DNA of 64,000 bases, taken from positions 2,735 through 66,734 of IMG/VR virus record IMGVR_UViG_2630968832_000007; one strand, given 5' to 3'. Under the pieces are notes generated by a model. It saw only the letters and a list, made by a program, of their open reading frames with translations. It was not told where the DNA came from and did not search any database. The DNA is from a virus. Taxonomy: Duplodnaviria; Caudoviricetes. Position numbers and translations under genes: made by a program. Numbering within the stretch: the first letter of the stretch is position 1; each line of letters opens with the position of its first letter. Positions 10,052 through 19,810 of the stretch are shown here, one piece after another.

Positions 10052-10371
10052 CAGCTCGCCTCCACATACCAGTGTGGAGATGGACGGCCGCGGTTGTCAT
10101 GCCAGTCGAGCACCGTGGCTGTGATATCTCCGCAGGTGATCTTGTCGCCGGTAGCGATCTCCAGAGGGGAGCCGGAAACAGCTTCCTCCGGGATGCGGCA
10201 TTGATACACGCGCACAGGATGCAGACCGGTTGCACCGGCAGACGCTTTGTTCTTTCCGTACCAACTGCACCCTCTCAGCGTGCGCGTGATTTCGACATCG
10301 GTATCTGTATCGCTGTCGTAGCCGAAATGGGTTATAGTTACGGTTTTATCGGCGCCAAGCATCAGCAACAC
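10051..10371 (-). CDS. Head closure protein
   Basis: 106 aa, C-terminal PHWYVEA; synteny. Confidence 0.65.
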   Translation of the reverse strand: MLLMLGADKTVTITHFGYDSDTDTDVEITRTLRGCSWYGKNKASAGATGLHPVRVYQCRIPEEAVSGSPLEIATGDKITCGDITATVLDWHDNRGRPSPHWYVEAS

Positions 10372-10736
10372 CCCCGGTACAGCAGCCCGTAAGGGTCTGT
10401 GCCAAGAGAATCGGACAGGATATCATACAGCGCACCGGCAGCGGCGCGTCCGGCGGCGCCAACGGCGGCATAGCTTTCGCTGTATCCGTCATTGCTCGCC
10501 GCGGTAAGGAGCCCGCCGGCGCTGCGTGAGCGCGCATTGCTTTGCTGCAGCATCGCATCAGCCATCTGGGCGCAGGCGTCGGCCAGCTCCGTTTCAAGAT
10601 CGGCGGCGTGGCCCTCGGCACGGCCGAGGGTCAGCTCGTCGATTTTTCGGGATGCACGCGGCCCCCACAAGCCATACTGCTCTGCGCTCATAGTACCACC
10701 CATGGCCGAGTAAGTGTCATAATCACAGTACAGCAT
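10362..10736 (-). CDS. Head-tail adaptor
   Basis: YCDYDTY..MGG, ASRKIDELT, SNDGYSESY and LLYRG motifs. Confidence 0.75.
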   Translation of the reverse strand: MLYCDYDTYSAMGGTMSAEQYGLWGPRASRKIDELTLGRAEGHAADLETELADACAQMADAMLQQSNARSRSAGGLLTAASNDGYSESYAAVGAAGRAAAGALYDILSDSLGTDPYGLLYRGCC

Positions 10737-10746
10737 AGACGTCTCC

Positions 10747-11568
10747 TTACGCGTGTTTCTTGATCTGAAGGACTTTCTTTTTGGTGACGGCGTGGGCGTA
10801 GATTTTGCGGCCCTGTACGGCAGATGCCCCGATATACTTGCCGGAGCCGGACAGATCCTGCAGGTGAACGTTGACGCCCCACTCGTTTACGCGGGTACAC
10901 CAATCAGGATGCCCGGCAATGAAATCCGTGGTTTCAGAAAGGGTGGTGTCCTCGAAGACATTGAAGCCTGCAATGCGCCCCTGCGCACCCGTCTGGACTA
11001 CCGCGTCGCCCAGCTGAGTAGCCCTGACAAACTCGGGACTTTTCAGAATCAACGCATAGGTCTCGGGAGACACAAGCAGCCAGCGGCGGTTGTCATTGGG
11101 AATATGTGCCTTGCTCATGGCAGTGCGCACATCCACGATTGTGCCATAGATGGTTTCGGGGGAAAGGGCAGAGGTGTCACCGAATGTGGTTGCCTGAGCC
11201 TCCAGCACGGTCGTGGCATCCTTTTCGATTTGCAGCGCCATGCTGTATGCCGCAGAATCGAGCCGGTCAGCAACCAGGTTATCGGGGACGGCTGCAGCGT
11301 CAAAACCGTCAATGATCTCATTCACGGCCTTGTCCTTGTCAACGGTGACATCAATGTACGAGGTATCGCCATGGGTAGCGCCGGCGCCGTCGGTTTTGCT
11401 GTAATCCGCCACGGCTACTTCGGTGTCCCGAACAGGGACCTTTACCTTGCCAGCCTTGGGATTGCCTTCGTAACGGTTATTGAAAATTACACCGTCCTTT
11501 TTCACCAGCGTCGCGCGCAGCTTCGCGTCCACCAGTTTAGAATAACGGTCCTGAAGTTCGTGTGCCAT
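10747..11568 (-). CDS. Major capsid protein
   Basis: 273 aa after the scaffold gene; RWLLVSPETYALIL...GRIAGFNV...AVQGRKIY pattern. Confidence 0.88.
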   Translation of the reverse strand: MAHELQDRYSKLVDAKLRATLVKKDGVIFNNRYEGNPKAGKVKVPVRDTEVAVADYSKTDGAGATHGDTSYIDVTVDKDKAVNEIIDGFDAAAVPDNLVADRLDSAAYSMALQIEKDATTVLEAQATTFGDTSALSPETIYGTIVDVRTAMSKAHIPNDNRRWLLVSPETYALILKSPEFVRATQLGDAVVQTGAQGRIAGFNVFEDTTLSETTDFIAGHPDWCTRVNEWGVNVHLQDLSGSGKYIGASAVQGRKIYAHAVTKKKVLQIKKHA

Positions 11569-11583
11569 TGTTCAAATCTCCTT

Positions 11584-12147
11584 TTACAGTTTGAGGTCAG
11601 GATTGAGAGCGGCGAAGGCCGCAGTTACGCCGTCAGACGGTTCGGCACTGCCGCCTTGTCCGTGTTCCGCACCGGTATCGACGTGTACGCCGGTGCCGTC
11701 CTGACCGGGGTTCGTATCCGTGGCGTCAAACAGCCACGGGTCGGATTTTTTCAGAGCTTCCAGCTGGTCGTCAAAGCCCAGCAGCTTGTCGCCGTCCAGC
11801 TTTACAGCGTCCAGGTCAAGCAAAGCGCGTGCGGCCTTGCCGTTTTTCGCCTTGCTGTTGGCGAGCGCGATGTCGATGGCGCTGGCCTTGCGCACGGCCG
11901 CGATATCGGTGTCGTATTTGGTCTGCAGCGTGCTCAGCTGATTTTTAAGGCCCTCTACATCCTGGCCGTCAAATTTCTTTGCGGCCTCCTGCAACCCCTT
12001 GATCGTGTCATTCGCGGTCTTCAGCTCATCGTTTTTGCTGTTGAAATCAGCACGGGCCACAAACCCCTTGCCGATCTCGGCGCTGATCTGCTTGTCGATG
12101 TCCTCGGTGTAGTGGTCGCCGAGGATGGTTTTCAACCACTCCAGCAT
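11584..12147 (-). CDS. Capsid scaffolding protein (GP20-like)
   Basis: Start MLEWLK at 12147 after AAAGGAG; coiled coil; GFDDQLEALKKSDPWLF. Confidence 0.85.
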   Translation of the reverse strand: MLEWLKTILGDHYTEDIDKQISAEIGKGFVARADFNSKNDELKTANDTIKGLQEAAKKFDGQDVEGLKNQLSTLQTKYDTDIAAVRKASAIDIALANSKAKNGKAARALLDLDAVKLDGDKLLGFDDQLEALKKSDPWLFDATDTNPGQDGTGVHVDTGAEHGQGGSAEPSDGVTAAFAALNPDLKL

Positions 12148-12328
12148 AAAAACTCCTTTCAACCCGCCATCCTTTTTTATCCGGCCAGTCCCGGTATGTG
12201 CGGGGCGCGTATTGTATCCCCGGCGCAAGGGGTAGTATGGAGCCCTCTCCGGCCTCGTGCAGCTGGTTAGGGCATAACAAAAGGCCCGTCGCCGAGGCGT
12301 GGGCCTTGTGCTATTGAATTTGGGCATG

Positions 12329-12363
12329 AAAAAACCACCGCCCATGAGTGGAGTGGTGGTTTC
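12329..12363 (-). terminator. Intrinsic terminator after the toxin-immunity pair
   Basis: ACCAC...GTGGT hairpin with a T-run on the minus strand. Confidence 0.55.
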
Positions 12364-12383
12364 GTCTTATAATTCAAAAGCGG

Positions 12384-12632
12384 TTATTTCTTCAGCCGCT
12401 CGATGTTGGCTTTCACGGATTTGTAGTTAATTTCGCCGGGCGCGATCAGCTCAAAATTCGGACATTCGTGGTATTCCTCAAATCGGATACCCTCCGGGAT
12501 TTTTTGGGGGTATTTTTTGCAGGAATGCTTGCCCCGGTGCCACAGCTTACAGCCATTGCACATAGGTACGGAAGCAATTCCCCAGCAATCCTGGCTCATC
12601 ATGGAGGGGCTGAATTTCTCTTCGTTGCTCAC
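12384..12632 (-). CDS. Putative immunity protein for the MuF ADP-ribosyltransferase
   Basis: 82 aa, CxxC...C..YP..IP...H.C; start overlaps the toxin stop. Confidence 0.55.
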   Translation of the reverse strand: MSNEEKFSPSMMSQDCWGIASVPMCNGCKLWHRGKHSCKKYPQKIPEGIRFEEYHECPNFELIAPGEINYKSVKANIERLKK

Positions 12633-14371
12633 GGCTTTATCACCTCAGCTTTAATATATACCTTATCACCGGACGTGTCAACGGAAAGGAGTCTGTACTT
12701 CAGTCCGCGCGCGAACAGGACCTCATCCTGCAGCTTGTACTGCGGGTGAGCAAGGTCTCGTATGTACAAAGCACCCTGATACCCAGCGGGCACATGCAAC
12801 TCAATCACTGTGTCGCGGCCCGGTAGTCCAAGTTGCCGGAAGCTGGTCGAAGTAAATATGCGATTGGGTATTGTCTGCCCAATGAAATTTCCAATCGTAT
12901 TTTTATCAGGCTGCGCTCCATTGTCAAATTCCAAAAAGCTCAGCGAAGTCTCGCGGTACAGCGTGATGCTGTTCGGAATAGTACCTTTAGCCAGAGCACT
13001 GTCCAGAATGGAGATTTTTTCCTGTGTTGCGGCGTTGATTCGCCCGTGGCGGATCGCGCTGTTAATTGCCGTTGCGTCAAACCCCGTGTACTGCGTAAGC
13101 TGCGCCCGCTCCGCCTCGGTAAGAGCGGGAAGCTGCGTTCGCATCGCATCTTTTGCCTGCAGGGCGGATGCACCCATTCCCAGTTTTCTGGCCGCCCATG
13201 AAGCGTTGCTCGCCTGGCTCCGTCCAAACCCGCTCACGCTTTCCCGCGCGCTGTCTGCACGGCCGCCTGTGGCCTGCACAAAGGCTTTCAGCTTCTGGCG
13301 GGCGTGCTTCAGCTGCACAGCGGCCTGCGTAGCGTCTACGCCTGCCGCACTTTCAGCCAGGTATTTTCTCTTGGCTGCCCGCACCCGGCGCTCAAGCGCC
13401 CGTTGTTGCTGGTTGATCTCGTACCGGGTGTACATTTTGCCGTTGTACCCGATATTCCGTGCATTCAATTCAGCCAGACGCTCCGGCGTATAATTGGGCA
13501 CTGAAATGCCCGGCCAGAATGGGTGGAAGTTGTGCCTGCAGTTCCAGCCGCACAACCCTTCGCCCGTGCCGTAGCCGGTGGCGTCTTCAAAGCTCTCGTA
13601 GCGTTCCCCGTTGTATTCAACAGTGCTGCCGCGATGATATACTTTGCCTTGCCACCAGGCGTGGTCACGAGGGCCGTGGCTGCCATCACTGCGCGCGCCG
13701 CTGTGTGCGCTCACTTCCACAAATCCGCAGCCCATTTCGTCAGCCCGGGCTATTTGCAGCTTGCATGCTGTCTGGTTTACACCCGTAAGCACTGCCCGCC
13801 GCACAGCCACCTCCAGTGTGTCCCTGTGGCCTGTCGGGTACGTGATATATTTCATATCCTGCGACAGTCCATCCACAGCACGTTTTATGGCTGTCTTGTA
13901 ATCAAATGCCCCGGAAGACACCTGCAGCCATGCGCGGTCGAGTGCATTTTCAAACTGTCGTGTGACCGTATTCGCTGTCGTGCGGGTAAAGTTTTGCCAC
14001 GTTCCCCGCGTCTGCCGATATCCGGCGTTCAGCAAGTTGAGCAGTGCGGATGAGGTGTTTACGTTGGGTGGGTCAAGCCCCATGGCCTGGTAAAGTGCAT
14101 CGTCGCTGGCCAGCGTCCGTGTTCCGGCCTCCTGCAGCAGGCGTCGGATTTCCGTATCGCTTTTGCCGCTGTATTTTGCCAGCAAGCGGACAATATCAGT
14201 GCGCAGCGCCCGGGTTTGCTCCAGTCTCCACAGCTGCCAGGCGGCTGTTTCCGTTACAGTATCCATCTTTCCAATGCGTCTGGCTATATCGCGCAGAATG
14301 TCGTCTTCCACGCGCTGCCACAAGGATACCAGGGTATCCGGTAACGTGTCCAGATATTCCGGTGTGAGCAT
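12629..14371 (-). CDS. Phage minor capsid (MuF) protein fused to a C-terminal ADP-ribosyltransferase toxin domain
   Basis: N-terminal HSGAR...H.WWQGKVY...GLCGWNCRH; C-terminal ITLYR, FTSTS, QDEVLF (R-STS-E signature). Confidence 0.88.
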   Translation of the reverse strand: MLTPEYLDTLPDTLVSLWQRVEDDILRDIARRIGKMDTVTETAAWQLWRLEQTRALRTDIVRLLAKYSGKSDTEIRRLLQEAGTRTLASDDALYQAMGLDPPNVNTSSALLNLLNAGYRQTRGTWQNFTRTTANTVTRQFENALDRAWLQVSSGAFDYKTAIKRAVDGLSQDMKYITYPTGHRDTLEVAVRRAVLTGVNQTACKLQIARADEMGCGFVEVSAHSGARSDGSHGPRDHAWWQGKVYHRGSTVEYNGERYESFEDATGYGTGEGLCGWNCRHNFHPFWPGISVPNYTPERLAELNARNIGYNGKMYTRYEINQQQRALERRVRAAKRKYLAESAAGVDATQAAVQLKHARQKLKAFVQATGGRADSARESVSGFGRSQASNASWAARKLGMGASALQAKDAMRTQLPALTEAERAQLTQYTGFDATAINSAIRHGRINAATQEKISILDSALAKGTIPNSITLYRETSLSFLEFDNGAQPDKNTIGNFIGQTIPNRIFTSTSFRQLGLPGRDTVIELHVPAGYQGALYIRDLAHPQYKLQDEVLFARGLKYRLLSVDTSGDKVYIKAEVIKP

Positions 14372-15873
14372 CAGCCGTCACCGCCAAAGCCCAGCGTTTC
14401 GCCGCCGTCGGTTTCGTTTGCCGCCTCCTGCACGGCCCGTTTGGCGTCGTCCTCACTCATCCCGCGCCACTCCATGTTGTATCGGTATTTAGGGATAAAA
14501 CCGTCCATGGCATCATCCTTATCGCGTTGACGCCGCGTCTCCGCATCGGAGATATAGCTGTCGTCAAAATTGATGGTGATAGCCGTATCAGGGTCGATAT
14601 CGGCGCCAACAAGGTTTTTGCCCACCCACAGGATAGAGTGCAGGATTTGCAGCAACGCCGCTTCAATCTTGATTTGATGGCGGTTGGCATGCTGTACCAT
14701 GTCCTGCCGGTCTCCGGTGTACTGTGTTGCAGTGGCGATATTTCCGGCATTGAATTGATAGTGGTGTGTTCCGAGGCCAACCTTGAAACTGAAATAGTCC
14801 AGGGCGTCCTGCACGGCCTGGCTATTCGCTTCGATACGGAGGTCCGGGTTGTATTCGTGCCAATCTGGTGCCGCGTCAGGGTCAAAGCCTCCGGGAGATA
14901 CAAAAAGCTGTTGGCGAATGTCATCGGGTGCAAAGCGGTGTTCCTTGCCTTCCGCGTCAATGACCGTTTTGAACATATCTTTGTTGTAGAAGACTTTTTT
15001 TCCGCCGAGATAGAGATCCCGGCAGTAATTGTCAAAAGCCAGATCGCAATGTTTGGATTGATCCAGCGCCTCGGAGAATACGCTCATGCCAAGCCCGGAC
15101 CCACCGGGCAGGTTTTTAACGATATTGGGAGAGAAAACCGAAAACCATGGAACGCTGCTTCCTGTAGTAAAGCTTTTCAGCACGCCGGCGGGGAGAGGGG
15201 CGGGCTTGTAATCGGCGTTTTCCGTATCCTCGTTCTCGCTGGTAAAATATTCGTTGGTGATTTGATACTGCTGTCGTCCGTCCCGTAAGACAAGCCGGTG
15301 AGTTTGCAAGTAAATGCAGCTCTTGCCGCCCACAGTGACCTCAGATGCAAAGGCGACATCCACAATACGTCCATGCCGGATCGTGATTGGGAGGATGCAT
15401 TCAGCCGGGTCATAGTCCAGGCAGATTTTGGCGTCAGGTGAAAGTACAGCCATACCGTCCTTGACGACAAGGTTTTCAAGGCTCAGCACAAAGGCACCGG
15501 TGCCGGAGCGAAATGCCAGTTCCACGAGTGTGTTGGCGTTGGACCAGAACTCAATGCTTTTCAGGATACCTCCGGTCTGCTGCGCGTCAACACCCAGAAG
15601 CCAGGATGCGGTATTTTTGTCCGTGACGGTCACGGTGGTTTTATCGTTGAGCAGCAGAGCGGCCCAATCTTCGCAAGCTCGCTTAGGCATTCCAAGGCGG
15701 TACATAGTCCGCGCATGGTGTGTTCCGTCAAGCCCGCATTCGTTGATGCGGTGAAAGCTCGGGTGATATCCGGCCCACCATTGACGCCATTCGTCGATGT
15801 AGGAATAATACTGGCTCTGGATACCCCATTTTTTGGTTTTGTTCAGATATTTGATGAATTGCGTAATGTTCAT
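14371..15873 (-). CDS. Portal protein (A118/SPP1 Gp6-like)
   Basis: 500 aa; GLGMSVF, TATQ, ITINFDDSYI motifs. Confidence 0.9.
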   Translation of the reverse strand: MNITQFIKYLNKTKKWGIQSQYYSYIDEWRQWWAGYHPSFHRINECGLDGTHHARTMYRLGMPKRACEDWAALLLNDKTTVTVTDKNTASWLLGVDAQQTGGILKSIEFWSNANTLVELAFRSGTGAFVLSLENLVVKDGMAVLSPDAKICLDYDPAECILPITIRHGRIVDVAFASEVTVGGKSCIYLQTHRLVLRDGRQQYQITNEYFTSENEDTENADYKPAPLPAGVLKSFTTGSSVPWFSVFSPNIVKNLPGGSGLGMSVFSEALDQSKHCDLAFDNYCRDLYLGGKKVFYNKDMFKTVIDAEGKEHRFAPDDIRQQLFVSPGGFDPDAAPDWHEYNPDLRIEANSQAVQDALDYFSFKVGLGTHHYQFNAGNIATATQYTGDRQDMVQHANRHQIKIEAALLQILHSILWVGKNLVGADIDPDTAITINFDDSYISDAETRRQRDKDDAMDGFIPKYRYNMEWRGMSEDDAKRAVQEAANETDGGETLGFGGDG

Positions 15874-17123
15874 GTTTCCGTCCCCAAATAGCGTTTATAG
15901 TCGCGTTCGATGGTGTATTCAAAGCCGTCCAATGTGTCCACGTCTGTGGAGCCGTCATCAAGACGCTCATCCTTGCCCGGATGTTTCCCGCTCCATAGGG
16001 CCGTGGAAAGCGCATCACGGACGCTGCCGGCCTCCGGCATATACCAAAAACGGCCGCCGCCCATAAGGGCTGCAGTCGTTCGTATTCGGTCGTTGATCTC
16101 GATTTTTTTTGCATTATATACACGCTCGGCCAGCCAGCGGAAACGGGTCGGCAGCAAAGCGGCGCGCAAGCTGTTTTTCAGAACTTGTTCCGCACTGTCG
16201 CAGAAAACGGCGTGTATTTCCCCCCAGCGTATGAAAACAGCCTCGACGAACTGTACAAAGCGTTTTTGCAGAAATACGACGTCTGTACCCTTTGCGGCAA
16301 TGCGTTCGCTGCAGAGCGCCACAACACCGCGGTATCCCGGCAGAACGCCCGTCGCCACAAAGGCATGTTGTGAACCGTTGCCTCCGAAGTCCACGCCGAT
16401 GTAGACGCGGAAAGGCCGCAGCTCGTGCTCAGCAGGCCACAGAAAGCGATTATCGTTGGATGCAATACTGTCGGCAAATGGGCGGTAAATGATGCCTTCT
16501 GCAGCCGCCCATTGGCCTAGGATGAACCGTGTATAGTATACGGTCCCTGCGTATTCCGTTTTGAGGTTCGCCACAAATTCGGACGGCAAAAATGGGTTAT
16601 CGTCGATGGTGGATGTTTGGCAGTAAACATCGGCGTCACTGTCAATGAACTGCTTGACAAAATGGTGAGGGTCTGCGGGGTTGGCCGTACCGTCAAAGTA
16701 GCTGTGCCCACAGCGCAGTCGACTTTTGAGCATCTGGAATACTTCTTCATTCCAGGTAGTCATTTCGTCGCCATAGGCGTATTCGATGGTCATGCCCTGG
16801 ATTCGAGCGACGTGTTTTTTATTATCCGCACCAAGGATATGGACCCGCCGCCCGAACAGGAGCGCCGTATTATCGCTGCTGATGGTACCAACAAGGCACT
16901 CGCCCCATATCTCACGCATTGGGTCAAGGATATTGCGGGAAAGTGTGCCCTGGGTGTTCCCGAGCATCACCGCAGCTCCTTGCCCACGAAGTGCCAGCAG
17001 ACGTTTGGGAACAACGACGGCGTAATCCAGCCAGCTTTTGCCGCTGCCCGTCGCGCCGACTTTGATGTTCCAGCGGTGGCTGCAGCTTTGGAGGTACTCA
17101 ATTTGCTTACTCGATAACGCCAT
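15870..17123 (-). CDS. terL: Terminase large subunit (PBSX family)
   Basis: Walker A GATGSGKS, YGDE, GTANP, GVDFG nuclease motif, DTLDGFEY. Confidence 0.93.
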   Translation of the reverse strand: MALSSKQIEYLQSCSHRWNIKVGATGSGKSWLDYAVVVPKRLLALRGQGAAVMLGNTQGTLSRNILDPMREIWGECLVGTISSDNTALLFGRRVHILGADNKKHVARIQGMTIEYAYGDEMTTWNEEVFQMLKSRLRCGHSYFDGTANPADPHHFVKQFIDSDADVYCQTSTIDDNPFLPSEFVANLKTEYAGTVYYTRFILGQWAAAEGIIYRPFADSIASNDNRFLWPAEHELRPFRVYIGVDFGGNGSQHAFVATGVLPGYRGVVALCSERIAAKGTDVVFLQKRFVQFVEAVFIRWGEIHAVFCDSAEQVLKNSLRAALLPTRFRWLAERVYNAKKIEINDRIRTTAALMGGGRFWYMPEAGSVRDALSTALWSGKHPGKDERLDDGSTDVDTLDGFEYTIERDYKRYLGTET

Positions 17124-17493
17124 CGATGCCCTCCAGAAGTTCCGCGGCGCGGGTGAGCTGATCGGCGCCGGTATCCTCGCGGGGTGTTTCCTCGCCCAAC
17201 AGTTTGACGATTACCGTTGCCGCTCGCGCATCGCCTGCGGTTGCGGCCTCAGTCAGCCCTACGATCATTGCCATTTGATTGTCGATATCCTCCGGGTCGA
17301 TACAGCGGCGCGCCAGTTTATTCCAGCGGCGGCGGTCTGCGACGGGCAGGGAAAGGTATACGTCCGCTGCCTCTTTCAGGCTCCGTTTGCGGCGGCGCGC
17401 TGCCCCGGAGGCAATGCCGCCTTTCTGTTGGATCGCTCTCTGTTCGCTCTCTGTTCGTTCAGTGAATGGAACAAGATTTTTTTCATTCGACAC
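17107..17493 (-). CDS. terS: Terminase small subunit
   Basis: GTG start after GAGAGGTGG; NEKNLVPF...KGGIASGAARRRKR. Confidence 0.8.
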   Translation of the reverse strand: MSNEKNLVPFTERTESEQRAIQQKGGIASGAARRRKRSLKEAADVYLSLPVADRRRWNKLARRCIDPEDIDNQMAMIVGLTEAATAGDARAATVIVKLLGEETPREDTGADQLTRAAELLEGIDGVIE

Positions 17494-17891
17494 GTCACCA
17501 CCTCTCTCGGAATATATGATTAAGGCCCGCACGTTGCCATGCGGGCCTTGGAACTTCTGCCGGGCCTGTTCCCCGGCCGTCAACCGAATCCCTTTTTACG
17601 ATACTCGTATCGGTGTCCTTTCTCAATCTGCAAAGCAGAAATACAAATATGGGTTTGGTGGATGCCGCACCCTCATGCAGGCAGAACACCCATGGGAGGC
17701 TCCGGCCTGGTGGAAAACAAGCCGGAGCTTTGAAAGGGCAGCAGACTACTGGTGCCGCCGTCTGCCGGGGCGGCGAGAGAATAAGGAGGGCGGCTGCCAC
17801 GCCGCATCGAATCGCTCGGCTTTTGTCTCGCTTTTCGACATTTTCATCATACACCAGCAAGCTTGCAATGTGAATAATGCAAAATAGGGCG

Positions 17892-18302
17892 TTATAGGGC
17901 AATATGAGAAATCGCTCTATCGTGTATTCTTTTCGCTCGATAAACTGCCGCGTCATCCGCTTCTTGGTACATCCCCCATGCAACCTCTCGCCATGGAGTG
18001 GGCCTGCAATGATCTCCGTCCATGTACCGCAATCGTACAACCTCACGTTCCAGAGGATCTTTCAAAGCATGCACAGCGTTCTTGAGTATAAAGATTTCCT
18101 TCTCATTTTCGGCAATAATCGGGCGAATTTCTTTCTCGTACTCTATGTATCGTTCTACCGCCACAGCTATATGGCTACCGCCGCCCCCTGTATGCTGACT
18201 TCCATCGTATTCTCGCGCTGATGGAATCTCAGCTCCGGCTTTCATCCGTGCCAGGCGTTCACGGCGGTTTTCGTTTTCTTTTTTCAGCGACAGATATTTC
18301 AT
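17892..18302 (-). CDS. Late transcriptional activator (RinA/ArpU-like, sigma70 region-4-like HTH)
   Basis: LEREVVRLRY...WREVA...HDRAI; last gene before the packaging module. Confidence 0.75.
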   Translation of the reverse strand: MKYLSLKKENENRRERLARMKAGAEIPSAREYDGSQHTGGGGSHIAVAVERYIEYEKEIRPIIAENEKEIFILKNAVHALKDPLEREVVRLRYMDGDHCRPTPWREVAWGMYQEADDAAVYRAKRIHDRAISHIAL

Positions 18303-18350
18303 CAGCCGCTCTTTTTTCTCCTCAGCCTCCGTGATTTTCGCCTCCTCGTG

Positions 18351-18602
18351 CTATCTTTTCAGTATCCAGAATGATTCCCGGTATAGCGGCCGAGTATCCG
18401 CATTTGAGAGCAGCATTAGAGTGGCCCACCCACGTGGCGATATATACTCCACACGGCCCTGACGTGGTAAATTATCGGCCTTGAACTCTGTGTACCCTTT
18501 GCGATATGTCATCGCTGGATAAATTACATCTACAACAGCATCTGCAGTTGCATTTTCTATATACGCAACCGGTGGAACCGCCAGCGGGCGAACGGATTTC
18601 AT
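18351..18602 (-). CDS. Hypothetical phage protein
   Basis: MKSVRP start after GGGAGG. Confidence 0.45.
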   Translation of the reverse strand: MKSVRPLAVPPVAYIENATADAVVDVIYPAMTYRKGYTEFKADNLPRQGRVEYISPRGWATLMLLSNADTRPLYRESFWILKR

Positions 18603-18854
18603 CGCCCATCCCTCCCCGCGGCAATGCAGGCCAGCGTGGCCACAACCGCCAGTGCGACGGCCAAGACCGCCAGATTTATCAAGATTTGCATGGGTCATCC
18701 TTCTTTCGCATCGTTTTGTATACCATAGCAATTCCATCAATATCTTCATCCGTTAAGATGCATGAAAATTCTGCAAGCTCCATGCACTTAGCCACCCAGA
18801 GCGAGACACGGTCTGTGGATTTCAGGTCTGCATAAATCTGCCGTTCAAATTCAC

Positions 18855-19139
18855 TCATGCTGTACGCCCTCCTTCTGCATTTTCGCGCAACCGCTCCACA
18901 AGCTCTTTATCTGTCATGCTCTGCCTCCATTTCCTTCCACCGCAATAAAAAAAGTGTTCTGTAGGTTCCCATTCGTCAATGAGTGGTTGCACGATAGCGC
19001 CTGCTGAAGTCTCAAGATCACAAACATGGTCTCCCTCGCCACAGTACAAGAAGTGTTCGCAATTGAAGCAGCTTTTTGCTACATCCTGCCTTCTCCCAAG
19101 TCGCGTGCTTTCTGAGTGGCAATGTTTTTTCTTACTCAT
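18855..19139 (-). CDS. Cys-rich hypothetical phage protein
   Basis: MSKKKHC start after AAGGAG; CFNCEHF. Confidence 0.45.
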   Translation of the reverse strand: MSKKKHCHSESTRLGRRQDVAKSCFNCEHFLYCGEGDHVCDLETSAGAIVQPLIDEWEPTEHFFYCGGRKWRQSMTDKELVERLRENAEGGRTA

Positions 19140-19300
19140 GGTCAGGATGCTCCTTCCGCACGACTTCGACGATATAATCGCCCGAAGTATTCCCGGGCTC
19201 ACATTGGATAATCGTTGCGCAAATGTCCTCCTGAAGACGATTTACATCGCGGTTTATATACTTCGTACCCCAAATTTCGATTACGCTATCTTCTCTGGAT

Positions 19301-19759
19301 TTAACCATGATGTAATCCCTCCACTACTTCCTCCTCCGGTTCGAGATCACCTGATACATGCACCACCAGACGCTCCAGGTTTCCGTACCACTTGGCCACG
19401 CGCAGCTCTACGATAGCACTGTCGTCGCGGTAGGCTACACCGTTCAATGCGTCGGCCACAGTTTTCGCGATATTGTCCATGTCCGGTTTACATGTGGGAC
19501 GGAGGATATTTTGGTTGCACAGTGCAGCCTTTTTCTTCGGATAGGATTTGGGGATTGCAAAATATGCATCTACCTCCAAGACAATCGGCGGTGCGAATCG
19601 AACACCGGCATGTCTCTGCTGGTAACAGAGCATGATTTTGTTTTCATACGAAGCCGTGCCGGCGGGGGTGTACATGCGGGCATGTCCGCCCACAACACTG
19701 GCCCGGGGGCGCCCTTTGCCCTGTGGTTTTCCCGGGACCTCAAAAATCACTCTTTCCAT
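19301..19759 (-). CDS. rusA: RusA-family Holliday junction resolvase
   Basis: GKPQGKGRPR and KPDMDNIAKTVADALNGVAYRDDS. Confidence 0.92.
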   Translation of the reverse strand: MERVIFEVPGKPQGKGRPRASVVGGHARMYTPAGTASYENKIMLCYQQRHAGVRFAPPIVLEVDAYFAIPKSYPKKKAALCNQNILRPTCKPDMDNIAKTVADALNGVAYRDDSAIVELRVAKWYGNLERLVVHVSGDLEPEEEVVEGLHHG

Positions 19760-19810
19760 ACTGTCCTCCTTGACGATACCCGCCCGGTGGTTGGCCGGGC
19801 GGGCGCTGTA

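Noticed and set aside
7653-12270. Long + strand ORFs (400, 382 and 505 aa)
   Set aside because: They are antisense shadows of well-supported structural genes in GC-rich DNA
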